56,404 nt of DNA from a virus (taxonomy: Duplodnaviria > Caudoviricetes): positions 1-56,404 of IMG/VR virus record IMGVR_UViG_3300012359_000004. The stretch is one strand, 5' to 3'. Within the stretch, counting starts at the first letter, position 1. The number at the start of each line of letters is the position of its first letter. The notes under the pieces were generated by a model, which was not told where the DNA came from, did not search any database, and was given only the letters and a program-made list of their open reading frames with translations. A program made the translations under genes and the position numbers. Positions 36,553 through 46,184 of this stretch are shown here, piece after piece.

Positions 36553-38174
36553 TAGGGATTGGCCTCCTTCATGGGTAAATTGCCGTCGCTGGCCGTCATG
36601 GGTAAATTGCCGTCTGAAGCCGTAAGCGGCATCGTCTTGGGATAAATCGTCACATTGGCGGGCACAATGAAAAAGGTGGTGCGCGTGTTCGTGCGCGTCT
36701 GTGCGCGTATCTTGAATGCTGCACGAGCGTTGGTCTGTAGCGTGTTGAGTGGTGAGGAAAGCCACGACGGATGCGCCGTCATGTAATCGGTAATGGCTTT
36801 CCACGACGAGCCTGTTCCCGTTCCCAAGCTTGGACTGACCGACGCTGCTTGCAGTGGCTTCTGGTAATCAATCGTCCATATGCCGAGTTTCCCGACTGGA
36901 TTCGGATTTTGCGTGCGCAGCGCATCAAACATAGCCGTGAAGTAGGGTGCTCGTGATTGGTGCTTCGCGTCGGTGGTACCGTCGGTAATCATCACGGCCC
37001 ACTGCACGGTCTCCCCGTTGGCATGGGTCAAGTTTGATGAGGTTGAAACATCCTTCTCAATATTTCTCTGATCGATGGTGAACGCGGTGCCTGTTCGTGT
37101 ACTACAGTGCATCCATTCATTGGCAACGATCAGATAGAAGTCGTTGCCTGTCGTCGGAAAACCTGTACCAGCAGCCACATTGAGTGTGAATGGCGTGGCC
37201 TGCGTGGAACTAATCGTCCCTGAAAGCGTCGTCGTCACGAGCGAGGTAGGATTGCCCACAACATCCCCAACATTCCATCCGGTTTCCAGTGCATAAATCG
37301 GGGTTGTCTTCTGGCCTGTTGGCGCGTAGGATTGCAGTGCGTTCCCGATGAGCGTCAGTTCATTGGCAATACTCACCCCCGTCGTATCCACCGTTGAGGT
37401 TGGATCAGGCGACAATCTACCGGCATAATAGCAGTGCGCATCCACGAAATCAGGGAAGTTTGCCGCCGTAATGCCAGAAAAGACGTTCTGGCACCAGTTT
37501 GAGATATGCGTGCTGGAATTCGTAGGCGTCTTGCGCACCGCACAAATACCCATGAGTAGCGCGGGATTGATTGCGCGTACTGCTGGTATGGATGCATTGG
37601 CTACAGCCGGTAATGCCCGGCCTGTACGACCTGCCACCGTGTCAAATTCCTCATTGCCTATTTGGATGCTTTCCACGTGGCCATGGCCGTGATTGCCATC
37701 GTAGCGCTGCGCTAGGTGCTGTGCAAAGCGCGAGTAGGCTTGTGGACCTCCGAGCGTGCCCGTCGCCAGCCCGACGTTGGTTCCTGAATCATCAAAGATC
37801 AAATAGTTGTCCGGCGCATCCTGAATGGTCAGCATGACATTCAAGCCAGAGATGGCGTTGAAGGCCGCTATAGCATTATCCATCGTCTGAACGGCTGATT
37901 TGGTCGGATCAGTATTGCCTACCGGCCCATCCCAGTAGATCGGCGTATTGGTCGGCGGCTCACTTACCGCGCCGCCCGCGGGATTGGTCTCGTAGTTGCG
38001 CCAACGGAACTGATAGCGCACCCACAGCCCGCCGCCGATGATGTTATTGAGCGCTGTGAGGTCGGTAATCAGTGCAGCAGGTAGCGCTGGGTACGTAGGG
38101 TTGCTGACCGGTTTCGCACCATCCTGATAATAGGTGTAGACGTAGGGGCTATCTATCGTTGGGGTATATGGCAT
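36552..38174 (-). CDS. virion-associated clan GH-A glycoside hydrolase
   Basis: WVRYQFRW, QIGNEEF acid/base motif, DFVDAHCY, ALETGWN nucleophile motif. Confidence 0.75.
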   Translation of the reverse strand: MPYTPTIDSPYVYTYYQDGAKPVSNPTYPALPAALITDLTALNNIIGGGLWVRYQFRWRNYETNPAGGAVSEPPTNTPIYWDGPVGNTDPTKSAVQTMDNAIAAFNAISGLNVMLTIQDAPDNYLIFDDSGTNVGLATGTLGGPQAYSRFAQHLAQRYDGNHGHGHVESIQIGNEEFDTVAGRTGRALPAVANASIPAVRAINPALLMGICAVRKTPTNSSTHISNWCQNVFSGITAANFPDFVDAHCYYAGRLSPDPTSTVDTTGVSIANELTLIGNALQSYAPTGQKTTPIYALETGWNVGDVVGNPTSLVTTTLSGTISSTQATPFTLNVAAGTGFPTTGNDFYLIVANEWMHCSTRTGTAFTIDQRNIEKDVSTSSNLTHANGETVQWAVMITDGTTDAKHQSRAPYFTAMFDALRTQNPNPVGKLGIWTIDYQKPLQAASVSPSLGTGTGSSWKAITDYMTAHPSWLSSPLNTLQTNARAAFKIRAQTRTNTRTTFFIVPANVTIYPKTMPLTASDGNLPMTASDGNLPMKEANP

Positions 38175-38189
38175 GTCTCCTCTTCCTCC

Positions 38190-38840
38190 CTACACCGATT
38201 GATAGGCGAGGTTGACTACGCACGCCTGTGGATTGTTCGTAAAACTCTGCCCCGATGTGACTTCGGCTACCGCCCAAAACTGCACTTGTGCCCCGGATGC
38301 AATATTGCCCATGGCAAGCGAAGCGGCAAACCCCGCCGTCGCACTCGTTTGCGAGAGCAATGTATCTGTGTAGCCCTGGCTGGTGCTGGGGGATACATTG
38401 GACGTGCTCATGGTCACTGTTTGCGCCTTCTGGTCGCCCGCATTGTAGAGGTAGAAGTTCTGAACATTGACGCCGATCCCGTTTGGCGTGGCATTGGTGC
38501 CATCGTTCAAAACACCGTTTACCTGATCGCCAACTGGAAGAGAATAATACCATTCGTTCACGACACAGTTATTCGGGTGAAGGTGAGCCAGGGGCGTCAG
38601 CAGATTGAGCGTTGTGCTCGCTACGCCAGGCGTAGGCGTAGCGTAGGCTATCGTCTCATTGCCATTGGTCGCATCGATAATGTCGATGGTGCCATAGCCC
38701 GGAAGCGCGTTTGCCACCACAATCGATGTCGCCCCAGCAGCGTAGCCGCCGGTGTGGTTGATCGTGGTGGCGATGTCGGTATTGTGCGCCAGCTCTACGG
38801 TATGCAAATTGTCTGAATAGATTTTCAGGAATGCACTCAT
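38190..38840 (-). CDS. virion structural protein
   Basis: T/A/G/N-rich, in tail module. Confidence 0.7.
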   Translation of the reverse strand: MSAFLKIYSDNLHTVELAHNTDIATTINHTGGYAAGATSIVVANALPGYGTIDIIDATNGNETIAYATPTPGVASTTLNLLTPLAHLHPNNCVVNEWYYSLPVGDQVNGVLNDGTNATPNGIGVNVQNFYLYNAGDQKAQTVTMSTSNVSPSTSQGYTDTLLSQTSATAGFAASLAMGNIASGAQVQFWAVAEVTSGQSFTNNPQACVVNLAYQSV

Positions 38841-39353
38841 CTACAGTCCTCCCTGGATAATCGCGGAGAGCGACGGCATGAGATTGGAAGCCGCTGTCCC
38901 GCCTGTTGTCGAGGGGAGAACAGGTGTGGTTGTGCCGGTACTGTTGTTCGTGGCCGTCATTGCGCGGGTAATGGTGATTGTCCCTGCCACTAATCCGCCT
39001 GCCCGCCCGTAGAGGTCGGTGCTGTTTCCTGGTGTTAAGGCCATATAGTATTTGCCAGGCGATAGGTTGAGAGCCGTAGCAAAGTTGACGCTTTGGTCAA
39101 GGTTGGCCGTGTTGACCGTCGCGCCGATATTGGCCAGGAGATTGCCGCCGCTATCATAAATCCCTGCATCCGTCTTCCCTGTGGCCGTGGCCGCCATACG
39201 CCAGCGCATTCCTAGAATGGTTGTTGGGCTGTTTAACTCGAAGGCCCACAAGTAGACGGTGTTGGCCACAAGCACCGCGTTCCCGTTGCCCGCAATGGCC
39301 GAGATACCTTCAACAATCCAAGGCGTTGGCATGGGAGGTAGAAACAAAGGCAT
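38841..39353 (-). CDS. virion structural protein
   Basis: GIYDSGGNLLA..LSPGKYY beta-sandwich pattern. Confidence 0.7.
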   Translation of the reverse strand: MPLFLPPMPTPWIVEGISAIAGNGNAVLVANTVYLWAFELNSPTTILGMRWRMAATATGKTDAGIYDSGGNLLANIGATVNTANLDQSVNFATALNLSPGKYYMALTPGNSTDLYGRAGGLVAGTITITRAMTATNNSTGTTTPVLPSTTGGTAASNLMPSLSAIIQGGL

Positions 39354-39367
39354 GATTGGCTCCTCTC

Positions 39368-40087
39368 TTATGTAAGCTCTTCTAAGTAGGTGATAAGGGC
39401 TTTCAGGTGCTCAGTACTGTCCTGAACCATCCCCAAAGCCACATTACATTTATGGCAAAGCAGACCGCGAACCTTGCCCGTATCATGATCGTGGTCAACG
39501 TGGTAACGCTCTCTTCTCCCATGTGGAGGCCCTTTGCATACCTTGCACACTCCACCTTGTACCTCAAGCATAGCGTCATATTCTGCACTGGTTATCCCAT
39601 AGAGCCTTTGTAGGCTTTTATTTCGTTGGTGTGCAGGATTTGATGATGGGTACTTCGTCCCTTTTACATATGGGCGATATGGGCGTGTTTCACTAAGGCA
39701 TTGCTTACAACTGGAAGCCACACCTACACTTCTTCCCGACCTTTTTGTGAAATCTGAAAGAGGCTTCGGTTGATGGCATCTTGAGCATTCTTTCTTTATA
39801 TCAAGAGTTACAAGACACTGTATGCATGTATTTCTGTCGAGTTTAGTCCTTGTCCTGGGAAATTCTGAGAGAGGCTTCATTTCATGACAGTATAAACAGC
39901 ATTTTTCCTTTGGAGCGGCAACGCACTGCTTACACTGGGAAGCAACGCCTATCTTGCGGCCCTTTCTCTTATGGAAATCTGAGAAGGGCTTCACCTTACC
40001 ACATTTTGAACAAGGTTTTACCTTCTGAGGGGAATCAATGAAAGAGAGTTCTTGCTGAAAAAGGCCATGAGGTGATATGGTATTCAC
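39368..40087 (-). CDS. endonuclease VII-type homing endonuclease with zinc modules
   Basis: YGIT..QGGVCKVC..HVDHDHDTGKVRGLLCHKCNVALG; GTG start after AGGAGG. Confidence 0.92.
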   Translation of the reverse strand: MNTISPHGLFQQELSFIDSPQKVKPCSKCGKVKPFSDFHKRKGRKIGVASQCKQCVAAPKEKCCLYCHEMKPLSEFPRTRTKLDRNTCIQCLVTLDIKKECSRCHQPKPLSDFTKRSGRSVGVASSCKQCLSETRPYRPYVKGTKYPSSNPAHQRNKSLQRLYGITSAEYDAMLEVQGGVCKVCKGPPHGRRERYHVDHDHDTGKVRGLLCHKCNVALGMVQDSTEHLKALITYLEELT

Positions 40088-40194
40088 GATGAACCTCCTA
40101 CAAAGGTTTATCCGGCCTGGGGGTGTTAGCGCACCCGCCAGGTACACAATATTTCTAATGTGCTTATCATACCATACATCGGCTTTAGAAGCAA
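40085..40194 (-). promoter_or_regulatory. conserved endonuclease leader, copy B
   Basis: TTGCTT-17-TATGAT; CCTGG-C-GGGTG[CGCTAA]CACCC-CCAGG; GATAAACCT[TTGTAGG]AGGTTCATC. Confidence 0.8.
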
Positions 40195-40219
40195 GTTTAT
40201 CCACTATTTGCTACTCTCC

Positions 40220-40825
40220 TTAAGTCAATTCTGTTATTCTAACTGAACCTGCCGCGGCCGACCATATTCCCCGGATTGCGCCTGTAAACATTGGCGACGT
40301 TGGCAATTCAAAGAAGCCTTGGGATGGGACTTGCACGGTATATGCGGTGGTCGAGGCCGCTCCTGCCCCAAAGCTCAGGTAGAGAATGGCCGTTGAGTCA
40401 TTGTAGAAGAATGCTCCCTTACGTCCAGTGTTCGAGGCGAGTAGCGACGTGTCAGACACGGCTGCCGCAACGCTCGTACGTGCTACTGTTGAGCAGGTGA
40501 GCGGCCCCTGATCGCTTGCAAGGGTCACCGCCAGACTTGCGGCCATCGTCTGCTGGCCCACGAGCAACTTTCCCAGGAGCCGTTTCACAAAGGCCATAAA
40601 GGTGAAAGTGCCACTATCAGACGTGGCCGATGCATCGGCCTTCGCGCCAAAGGTGACGCCATCCCCGTCGTACTGATACAGCGCAACGGCTGTATTGCTA
40701 TTTCCTCCTGTCGAGACCGCAGGCCCTCCCCGGATTGCTAGCGGCGTATTTGTCCCATCGGGAACGGCGCTGGACATAGGCAGGGGTGTGCCGGACCCGT
40801 CAAGCGGGGTGCTTGTGTAAGCCAT
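40220..40825 (-). CDS. virion structural protein
   Basis: LLASNTGRKG..NDSTAILYL..G pattern. Confidence 0.75.
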   Translation of the reverse strand: MAYTSTPLDGSGTPLPMSSAVPDGTNTPLAIRGGPAVSTGGNSNTAVALYQYDGDGVTFGAKADASATSDSGTFTFMAFVKRLLGKLLVGQQTMAASLAVTLASDQGPLTCSTVARTSVAAAVSDTSLLASNTGRKGAFFYNDSTAILYLSFGAGAASTTAYTVQVPSQGFFELPTSPMFTGAIRGIWSAAAGSVRITELT

Positions 40826-40845
40826 AGCTTATCCTCCCTTCTCGA

Positions 40846-41310
40846 TCACAGATATTCAATGTCAATCGAGAGGTCACTGGCCGCCACACTCGTATTGTCT
40901 GTATCACTGATGCCAGTCACGGCAGCAATCCCGATACCAGCGCTAAAGGCTAGCCCGGACAGCGTGGCATTGACGCGCCCACCCGCAGGGATGCCAATGA
41001 CGCGGCGTAATAGCGCATTATCTGTTGCTGGCGCGGGTGCGGTCGCTTTGTTGTACAGCTTCACGTAGCGTATGGCTGCCGACGCATTAAAGATTTCGTA
41101 GCCATAGACCGTCCCAGGCGTTCCTTTGATGCTGGTCGCATTGTTGGAGGCCGCTGTTATCAGATGGAAGCCGATGTTGCCCCCAGTGCTTATCGCGGGC
41201 TCTATGATTTTGCCCGTTGACGGACTCAGCAGGTACACGACGCGCATATCATTGCGTCCCTGCCCATTAAAATGGGTGTCCGGATCGGCCCAAATCTTTG
41301 AATTGGCCAT
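40846..41310 (-). CDS. virion structural protein
   Basis: IKGTPG.VYG..N....YVKLYNKATAP pattern. Confidence 0.75.
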   Translation of the reverse strand: MANSKIWADPDTHFNGQGRNDMRVVYLLSPSTGKIIEPAISTGGNIGFHLITAASNNATSIKGTPGTVYGYEIFNASAAIRYVKLYNKATAPAPATDNALLRRVIGIPAGGRVNATLSGLAFSAGIGIAAVTGISDTDNTSVAASDLSIDIEYL

Positions 41311-41313
41311 AGG

Positions 41314-41682
41314 TTATTTCCCTTCCTCTACAATTTTTTCAAGTTGTCCTGTCGTATGAATTTGCACGATATGTTCTACCCCCGTACGTTGATCGGTGAG
41401 CGTAATCACATCGTCGTTGACTTCGATCAAAAGCCCCCGCCGCTTCTTCAAGGTCACTTGCAGCGTGAAGAACACGCCTTCTAAGCGCGTGATCTTCTTC
41501 TCAAGCACCTGTATTTGCTTCTCCTGCGCAGCATTTTGTGCTTGAAGCGCCGTGATCGTGCTACTCTGCACTTCCGACAGTCCCCTATTTTTATTGCCAA
41601 CAAAGGCATAGATCACGCCAATGGCCGCCGAGAGCGCAATAGCAATACTCAAGAGTGGTAGGAATACTCCGAAATCAGGCAT
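41314..41682 (-). CDS. membrane-anchored coiled-coil protein
   Basis: N-terminal TM then heptad region; AGGAG RBS. Confidence 0.7.
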   Translation of the reverse strand: MPDFGVFLPLLSIAIALSAAIGVIYAFVGNKNRGLSEVQSSTITALQAQNAAQEKQIQVLEKKITRLEGVFFTLQVTLKKRRGLLIEVNDDVITLTDQRTGVEHIVQIHTTGQLEKIVEEGK

Positions 41683-41887
41683 GGTGCTCCTTTTCAAGCA
41701 TTTCTGCCAATCGATTTGCCACCTCCGCCGATTTGAGCGCCGCCGAGGCCTCGATGGCGCGACTGGTGAGCATCGTCTCTTCCATGCGATGGATATAGCG
41801 TGTCGTCGTCCACCAGATGAGCCATAAAAAGGCCAGCACGGCACACAGCCACACAAGATAAAAAATGGTTAAGATCGTTTGCCACAT
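41675..41887 (-). CDS. small single-TM protein
   Basis: GGAGG RBS, hydrophobic N-terminus. Confidence 0.7.
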   Translation of the reverse strand: MWQTILTIFYLVWLCAVLAFLWLIWWTTTRYIHRMEETMLTSRAIEASAALKSAEVANRLAEMLEKEHHA

Positions 41888-41897
41888 ATTCCCTCCT

Positions 41898-44800
41898 CTA
41901 CGCTGCTTTTTTCTGTATCATTGTTGCGAGCGACTTCCACGCGGAGCCCAAGTTCGGCCCCTCGGTCGCAGTCACGTTGTACCAATACAAGAGTGTCCCA
42001 CCGGCCACGATAGACGCCGTGGTATCAATGCCAATAATCAGGAATTGCCCGGCTATGACGTTTTGCTCAGGCACGAATACTTCAAGCAGTTGCCCGGGCG
42101 CTAAGCCCTGACGCACGGTCTTGAAGGTGAGTGTCCTGCCAATCTTGCCGTACCGAACGAGAAGCTGATTGGCCAGCGTCGTTGCTGCCGCCTTGCTCAT
42201 TCCCTGCCCGCTCACATCCTCCACGGCTTCATAAATGCCACTTGAATTATCGATAGCGGCCATTTGGGCGATAGACGTGGTACCTGGAAACTGGCCCGTA
42301 TTGCTGATGGTGACATTCACCTCGAAATCGCCCGTATAGGTGATCTTGAGTGTGTCTGTTTCCACGAGCACCGTTCCGCCGCTGTCCTGCGTGATAGCGG
42401 TACTTCCCGCCTGGTAGTAGAAGTCTTTCCCAGTATCGACACCTTGCACGCCGACGGTCTTCAATTGCCCGTTGAGGCGAATGGTCGGAGCCTTTGTGAG
42501 CGGATTAGCGACATTCCATGTGGTAGCCTGCTCGTCCCCGATGAACTTCTGTGTGAACGTCGCGGTATCGATTGCGCCCTTCACCGTTTGCCGATTGCGA
42601 TAGAGGTCAGCGCTATTCTCCAGCGTGAGATTTTCCACGAACACATCCCCGATGGATTGGCCTGCCACGACGGTACCCGCATTGGAGCTATCCAGTATCC
42701 ACGGTGCATTGGTCGCAGCGTTGGCCTGAAACCAGACCTTGAGATTTTGGTCAATCGTCCACCAATAATTCGATTGGCGCGCAAGGTCGGATAGGTTGGC
42801 ATCGACAAAGGTGAGCAGATAACTGGGAGTTGGCATGAGCACGCCTGGCCCGATAGATGGTCCGTACACGGCCATGGTCACGTCCTGGACCTGTGGGGTA
42901 GCGGTGGGGTCGGTGCTGGTCAGGGTAAGCCTGTTGTAGACATTTGCCCCAGTCGCATCGTTGCCCAAGGGCTGCACATTGAATTGATAGAACTGTGAAG
43001 TATTGCCCACATTGCGAAGCCCGATACTACCCGCTCCAAAGGGGCTGGTAGAGTCGGTGTAGGTGATGATCGAAAGACCATCCATGTAGACCGTGATGAC
43101 CGGATTGGTTGTCCCTCCGAGCATCGTCACTCTAAATCGGTGATACGTGTTGCGGGGGAAGCTGATGTTGGCTGTGCCGATCTGCGTAGGTGTGCCGCCA
43201 GATACCTTATTGATCTTCACCGTGTTGGGGACGGACGAAGCGGAGGCATCGCTGACCACGATTGTGTAGTAATTGCTCGTGCCTTGCCACCTCCACGTGG
43301 CCCCGCCCTGGTCGGAATAGTTCATGTCAAAGAAGAAATCGACATCCAGCGCCGTAAAGCCATTGTACAAGAGCACGGCTTTGTTGCCGCCCACTGCAAT
43401 CAACCGTTTATTGGCCGTATCCCACGTCCAGGTGGCAGCGGATCCGCTACTGCCAAAGGTGCTGGTATATTGTGATGCTGATGTACTGGGGATCGTAAGC
43501 GTCCCGCCGAAGACGCGAGGCACGTACGTTGTCCCTACCAGGCCAAATGTATCAATCCACGGCGCTACCTGCGAGGGATAGCCAGGAATAGCGCCACCAT
43601 TGGAGCCGGTCACATCCGTCCAGGTGACTTGATTATCAGCAGTCGTCTCGACCTTGAGCGTCGTGCCTGAAGCTAAAATGGCATTCCAGTTGATTAAGCT
43701 GGAGCCAATCCTGCCCACAGGTGTGAGCGAGAGGACAGGCGTTACCCGCGTGCCGGTGGAGGTGTAGGCAGATGATACCCAGGCAGTCAGGCCGTGCAAA
43801 TTGATCTGCTGCGAGGCCACAGGGGATTGCATCTGTACTTTCAGTTGCAGCGTCCCGCTGGACAGAACTGTACCAGCAGTGAGTCCTGGGATGACTGCCC
43901 CATTGGTGCAAGCCGTGTAAGCGCCCCCATTGACGCTAGCCAACACGTTGAGAATGCCCCCGCTGGGCACATCAGCATCCCAAAAGATGACGCTGTTCCC
44001 CACGGTGATAGAGCCCAGGCTCACGGATTGTGATATCCAGTTGGGGAGCGTGTAGCTTGTGGGCGGGATAGGAATGACGCCCTGGTAGGGCATGACGCCG
44101 AAGTTATCGAAGTACCCGGAGTAGGTCGCGCCCGAGTCGTTGTACATCACCGGCGCGAAGTAGCCCGCCGCCGTCCAGGTATTATCCACGACCGAAATAT
44201 ATTGCACGCCATCCAGGAAGATCGTGTGCGTCGTGTTGCCGCCGGAGGTTGAGACCAGCACGGTAAGCGTGTGCCAGTCGCCTGAGGTAAGCGTGAGTGT
44301 GACCGGACTTGGCCCAAGTGCTGTACGCGAACCGGTGCCAGTGCTGCTATTGGTGCCACGCGAGAGGGAAATCTGATACGGGCGCACATCCACCTTGTAG
44401 GCGTAGGTATCGTTATTGTCCTGCCACCCGGTCGTGAGATAGCTCAGCCCGATAGCATCGCTGGTGGTGACCTGGAAATCAATGGAAGCAATGAAGTTTG
44501 GCCCCCAGGTCCCGACATCATCAAGCCTGGCACGCACATCGGCAATATTGCTCACGGTAAGCTGCAACTGGCCTTTGTAAATGGCCATGGCCTTGCCAGC
44601 GCCACCGTAGAGCGTCTGATTGGCCAGACTCGCATTATTCCAATTGCGCAAGTTGGCCGTGATCTGCACATCTCCCCCGGATGTTGCCGTAATGTTCGTC
44701 TTCGTGCCTGCATTCCAGTCAGATTGGCTATCCCAGGTCTGTTTTGTATCCGATTTGGTCGCCACGTACGAGGGGTAGACGGCCCAGGTGTAGCTTGTCA

Positions 44801-46184
44801 TCACGGGTGTCACCGTCGGGTTTTTACCGGTGATACTCAGGACTTGCCGGGCCTGCATTGTGCGGCTCGTCAGGTTTACCCCAGGCATCAGATTAGCAAT
44901 GGCTCCATAGAGGGTGGCAGGTTGGAAGGTGGCTGCACCATCAATGGACGTGCTCATAGCGATAGCGGTATCAGTCGGCTGTGTCTGTACCCAACTGATA
45001 AAGCTGGATTTGACGATAGCAGCAGCATCCAGCGCCGTGGTGTTCGCTACCCTGGTACCTGATTGCTCATAGGCGATAACCGGTGTGAGTACGATGTTGC
45101 TGTAGCCATTTGACTTGACGGTGCTATTTTGCGCCGGTTGCACGATGGACGCATGTGGCCCTGTGCCTTGATAGATCGTGAGCGAGGTTGATCCCCCATT
45201 GGTGATGAGAATGTCCCTGAAATAGGAGGTATATGCCCCTCCATTGTCCCCTTCAAACTCGGCATTCACGAAGGATAAAGTTTTCCCTGCTAAGGTGGAA
45301 ATATCAATCGTACGCAAATACCATTGGTCGTTGGCAAATGAGGATAAATCCGTATTTGGATGGGCTCGCAGGCCGTTCTGATCGACAATCGAGGTCGTAT
45401 CTCTGATGGTTGTACCGTCGCTGCATGTACCATCAATGCCGCTCATAATCTGCGGGCTATCTGAACTGATCCATACGCCGTAGGTCAGTTTATCTCCACT
45501 GACAATCGTGTAGGAGCCGCTCCATATCTTCTGATGCACAACGGCATTGCCAAAGTTATTGCCGCAATTGCCAGTCATTCGCAAAGCAGAGACCGATGCA
45601 AGCTGCAACTGATTGCCGGTCGTATCCAGATTGGAGAGCGAGAGGTAGTTCGCCCAGTTGGCCGTAGTTGAGACAATCTTCGTTACCGGTGTCCCCGCGA
45701 GCGCAAGCTCTAAATCTCCGTCGTCCACATTCGAGGTGGGCACGACATTGGTGAGCGTGCCGTCTCCCCATTCGCTTGTAGTGCTATCAAAGTCAATGGC
45801 ATAGGCCCCGGTGACACCTTCTTGGGAGAGAATGCTGTTGATCTGGTCGGCCACAATCGTACCCGCATACTGATTGATGTACGCCTTATTGGAGGTACGT
45901 TTCATCGCCAAATCGGTCATATCGTTACAGTCGATGCTCCACATTCTGTGTGCATTGGGAGGCATCTTGACAGCTTTGGCCTTATTCACAAAGCCACGAA
46001 AGAGCGTTCCCTGTACGCTATCGGTGAGAAGAACCGGTTGTCGCTTGGAAAAGGACGCATTCCCTGTTGGGTCAAGCACCGTGAAGCTACAGCGCGACTG
46101 TTCATCTACTTTGTCGGAAATCTGCCAGGTCTGTTCTAAGATGTCCACGGAAGCGCCGCCGATGGTAGCTGACATCGTGCTCAT
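41898..46184 (-). CDS. large tail tip/baseplate hub protein with inserted beta-sandwich (lectin-like) domains
   Basis: 1428 aa directly after tape measure; T/S/G-rich. Confidence 0.85.
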   Translation of the reverse strand: MSTMSATIGGASVDILEQTWQISDKVDEQSRCSFTVLDPTGNASFSKRQPVLLTDSVQGTLFRGFVNKAKAVKMPPNAHRMWSIDCNDMTDLAMKRTSNKAYINQYAGTIVADQINSILSQEGVTGAYAIDFDSTTSEWGDGTLTNVVPTSNVDDGDLELALAGTPVTKIVSTTANWANYLSLSNLDTTGNQLQLASVSALRMTGNCGNNFGNAVVHQKIWSGSYTIVSGDKLTYGVWISSDSPQIMSGIDGTCSDGTTIRDTTSIVDQNGLRAHPNTDLSSFANDQWYLRTIDISTLAGKTLSFVNAEFEGDNGGAYTSYFRDILITNGGSTSLTIYQGTGPHASIVQPAQNSTVKSNGYSNIVLTPVIAYEQSGTRVANTTALDAAAIVKSSFISWVQTQPTDTAIAMSTSIDGAATFQPATLYGAIANLMPGVNLTSRTMQARQVLSITGKNPTVTPVMTSYTWAVYPSYVATKSDTKQTWDSQSDWNAGTKTNITATSGGDVQITANLRNWNNASLANQTLYGGAGKAMAIYKGQLQLTVSNIADVRARLDDVGTWGPNFIASIDFQVTTSDAIGLSYLTTGWQDNNDTYAYKVDVRPYQISLSRGTNSSTGTGSRTALGPSPVTLTLTSGDWHTLTVLVSTSGGNTTHTIFLDGVQYISVVDNTWTAAGYFAPVMYNDSGATYSGYFDNFGVMPYQGVIPIPPTSYTLPNWISQSVSLGSITVGNSVIFWDADVPSGGILNVLASVNGGAYTACTNGAVIPGLTAGTVLSSGTLQLKVQMQSPVASQQINLHGLTAWVSSAYTSTGTRVTPVLSLTPVGRIGSSLINWNAILASGTTLKVETTADNQVTWTDVTGSNGGAIPGYPSQVAPWIDTFGLVGTTYVPRVFGGTLTIPSTSASQYTSTFGSSGSAATWTWDTANKRLIAVGGNKAVLLYNGFTALDVDFFFDMNYSDQGGATWRWQGTSNYYTIVVSDASASSVPNTVKINKVSGGTPTQIGTANISFPRNTYHRFRVTMLGGTTNPVITVYMDGLSIITYTDSTSPFGAGSIGLRNVGNTSQFYQFNVQPLGNDATGANVYNRLTLTSTDPTATPQVQDVTMAVYGPSIGPGVLMPTPSYLLTFVDANLSDLARQSNYWWTIDQNLKVWFQANAATNAPWILDSSNAGTVVAGQSIGDVFVENLTLENSADLYRNRQTVKGAIDTATFTQKFIGDEQATTWNVANPLTKAPTIRLNGQLKTVGVQGVDTGKDFYYQAGSTAITQDSGGTVLVETDTLKITYTGDFEVNVTISNTGQFPGTTSIAQMAAIDNSSGIYEAVEDVSGQGMSKAAATTLANQLLVRYGKIGRTLTFKTVRQGLAPGQLLEVFVPEQNVIAGQFLIIGIDTTASIVAGGTLLYWYNVTATEGPNLGSAWKSLATMIQKKAA

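Noticed and set aside
40088-40204. N-terminal extension of the EndoVII ORF in the track
   Set aside because: the segment is the promoter and structured leader shared with three other genes; GTG 40087 has a proper AGGAGG, though read-through from 40204 cannot be excluded
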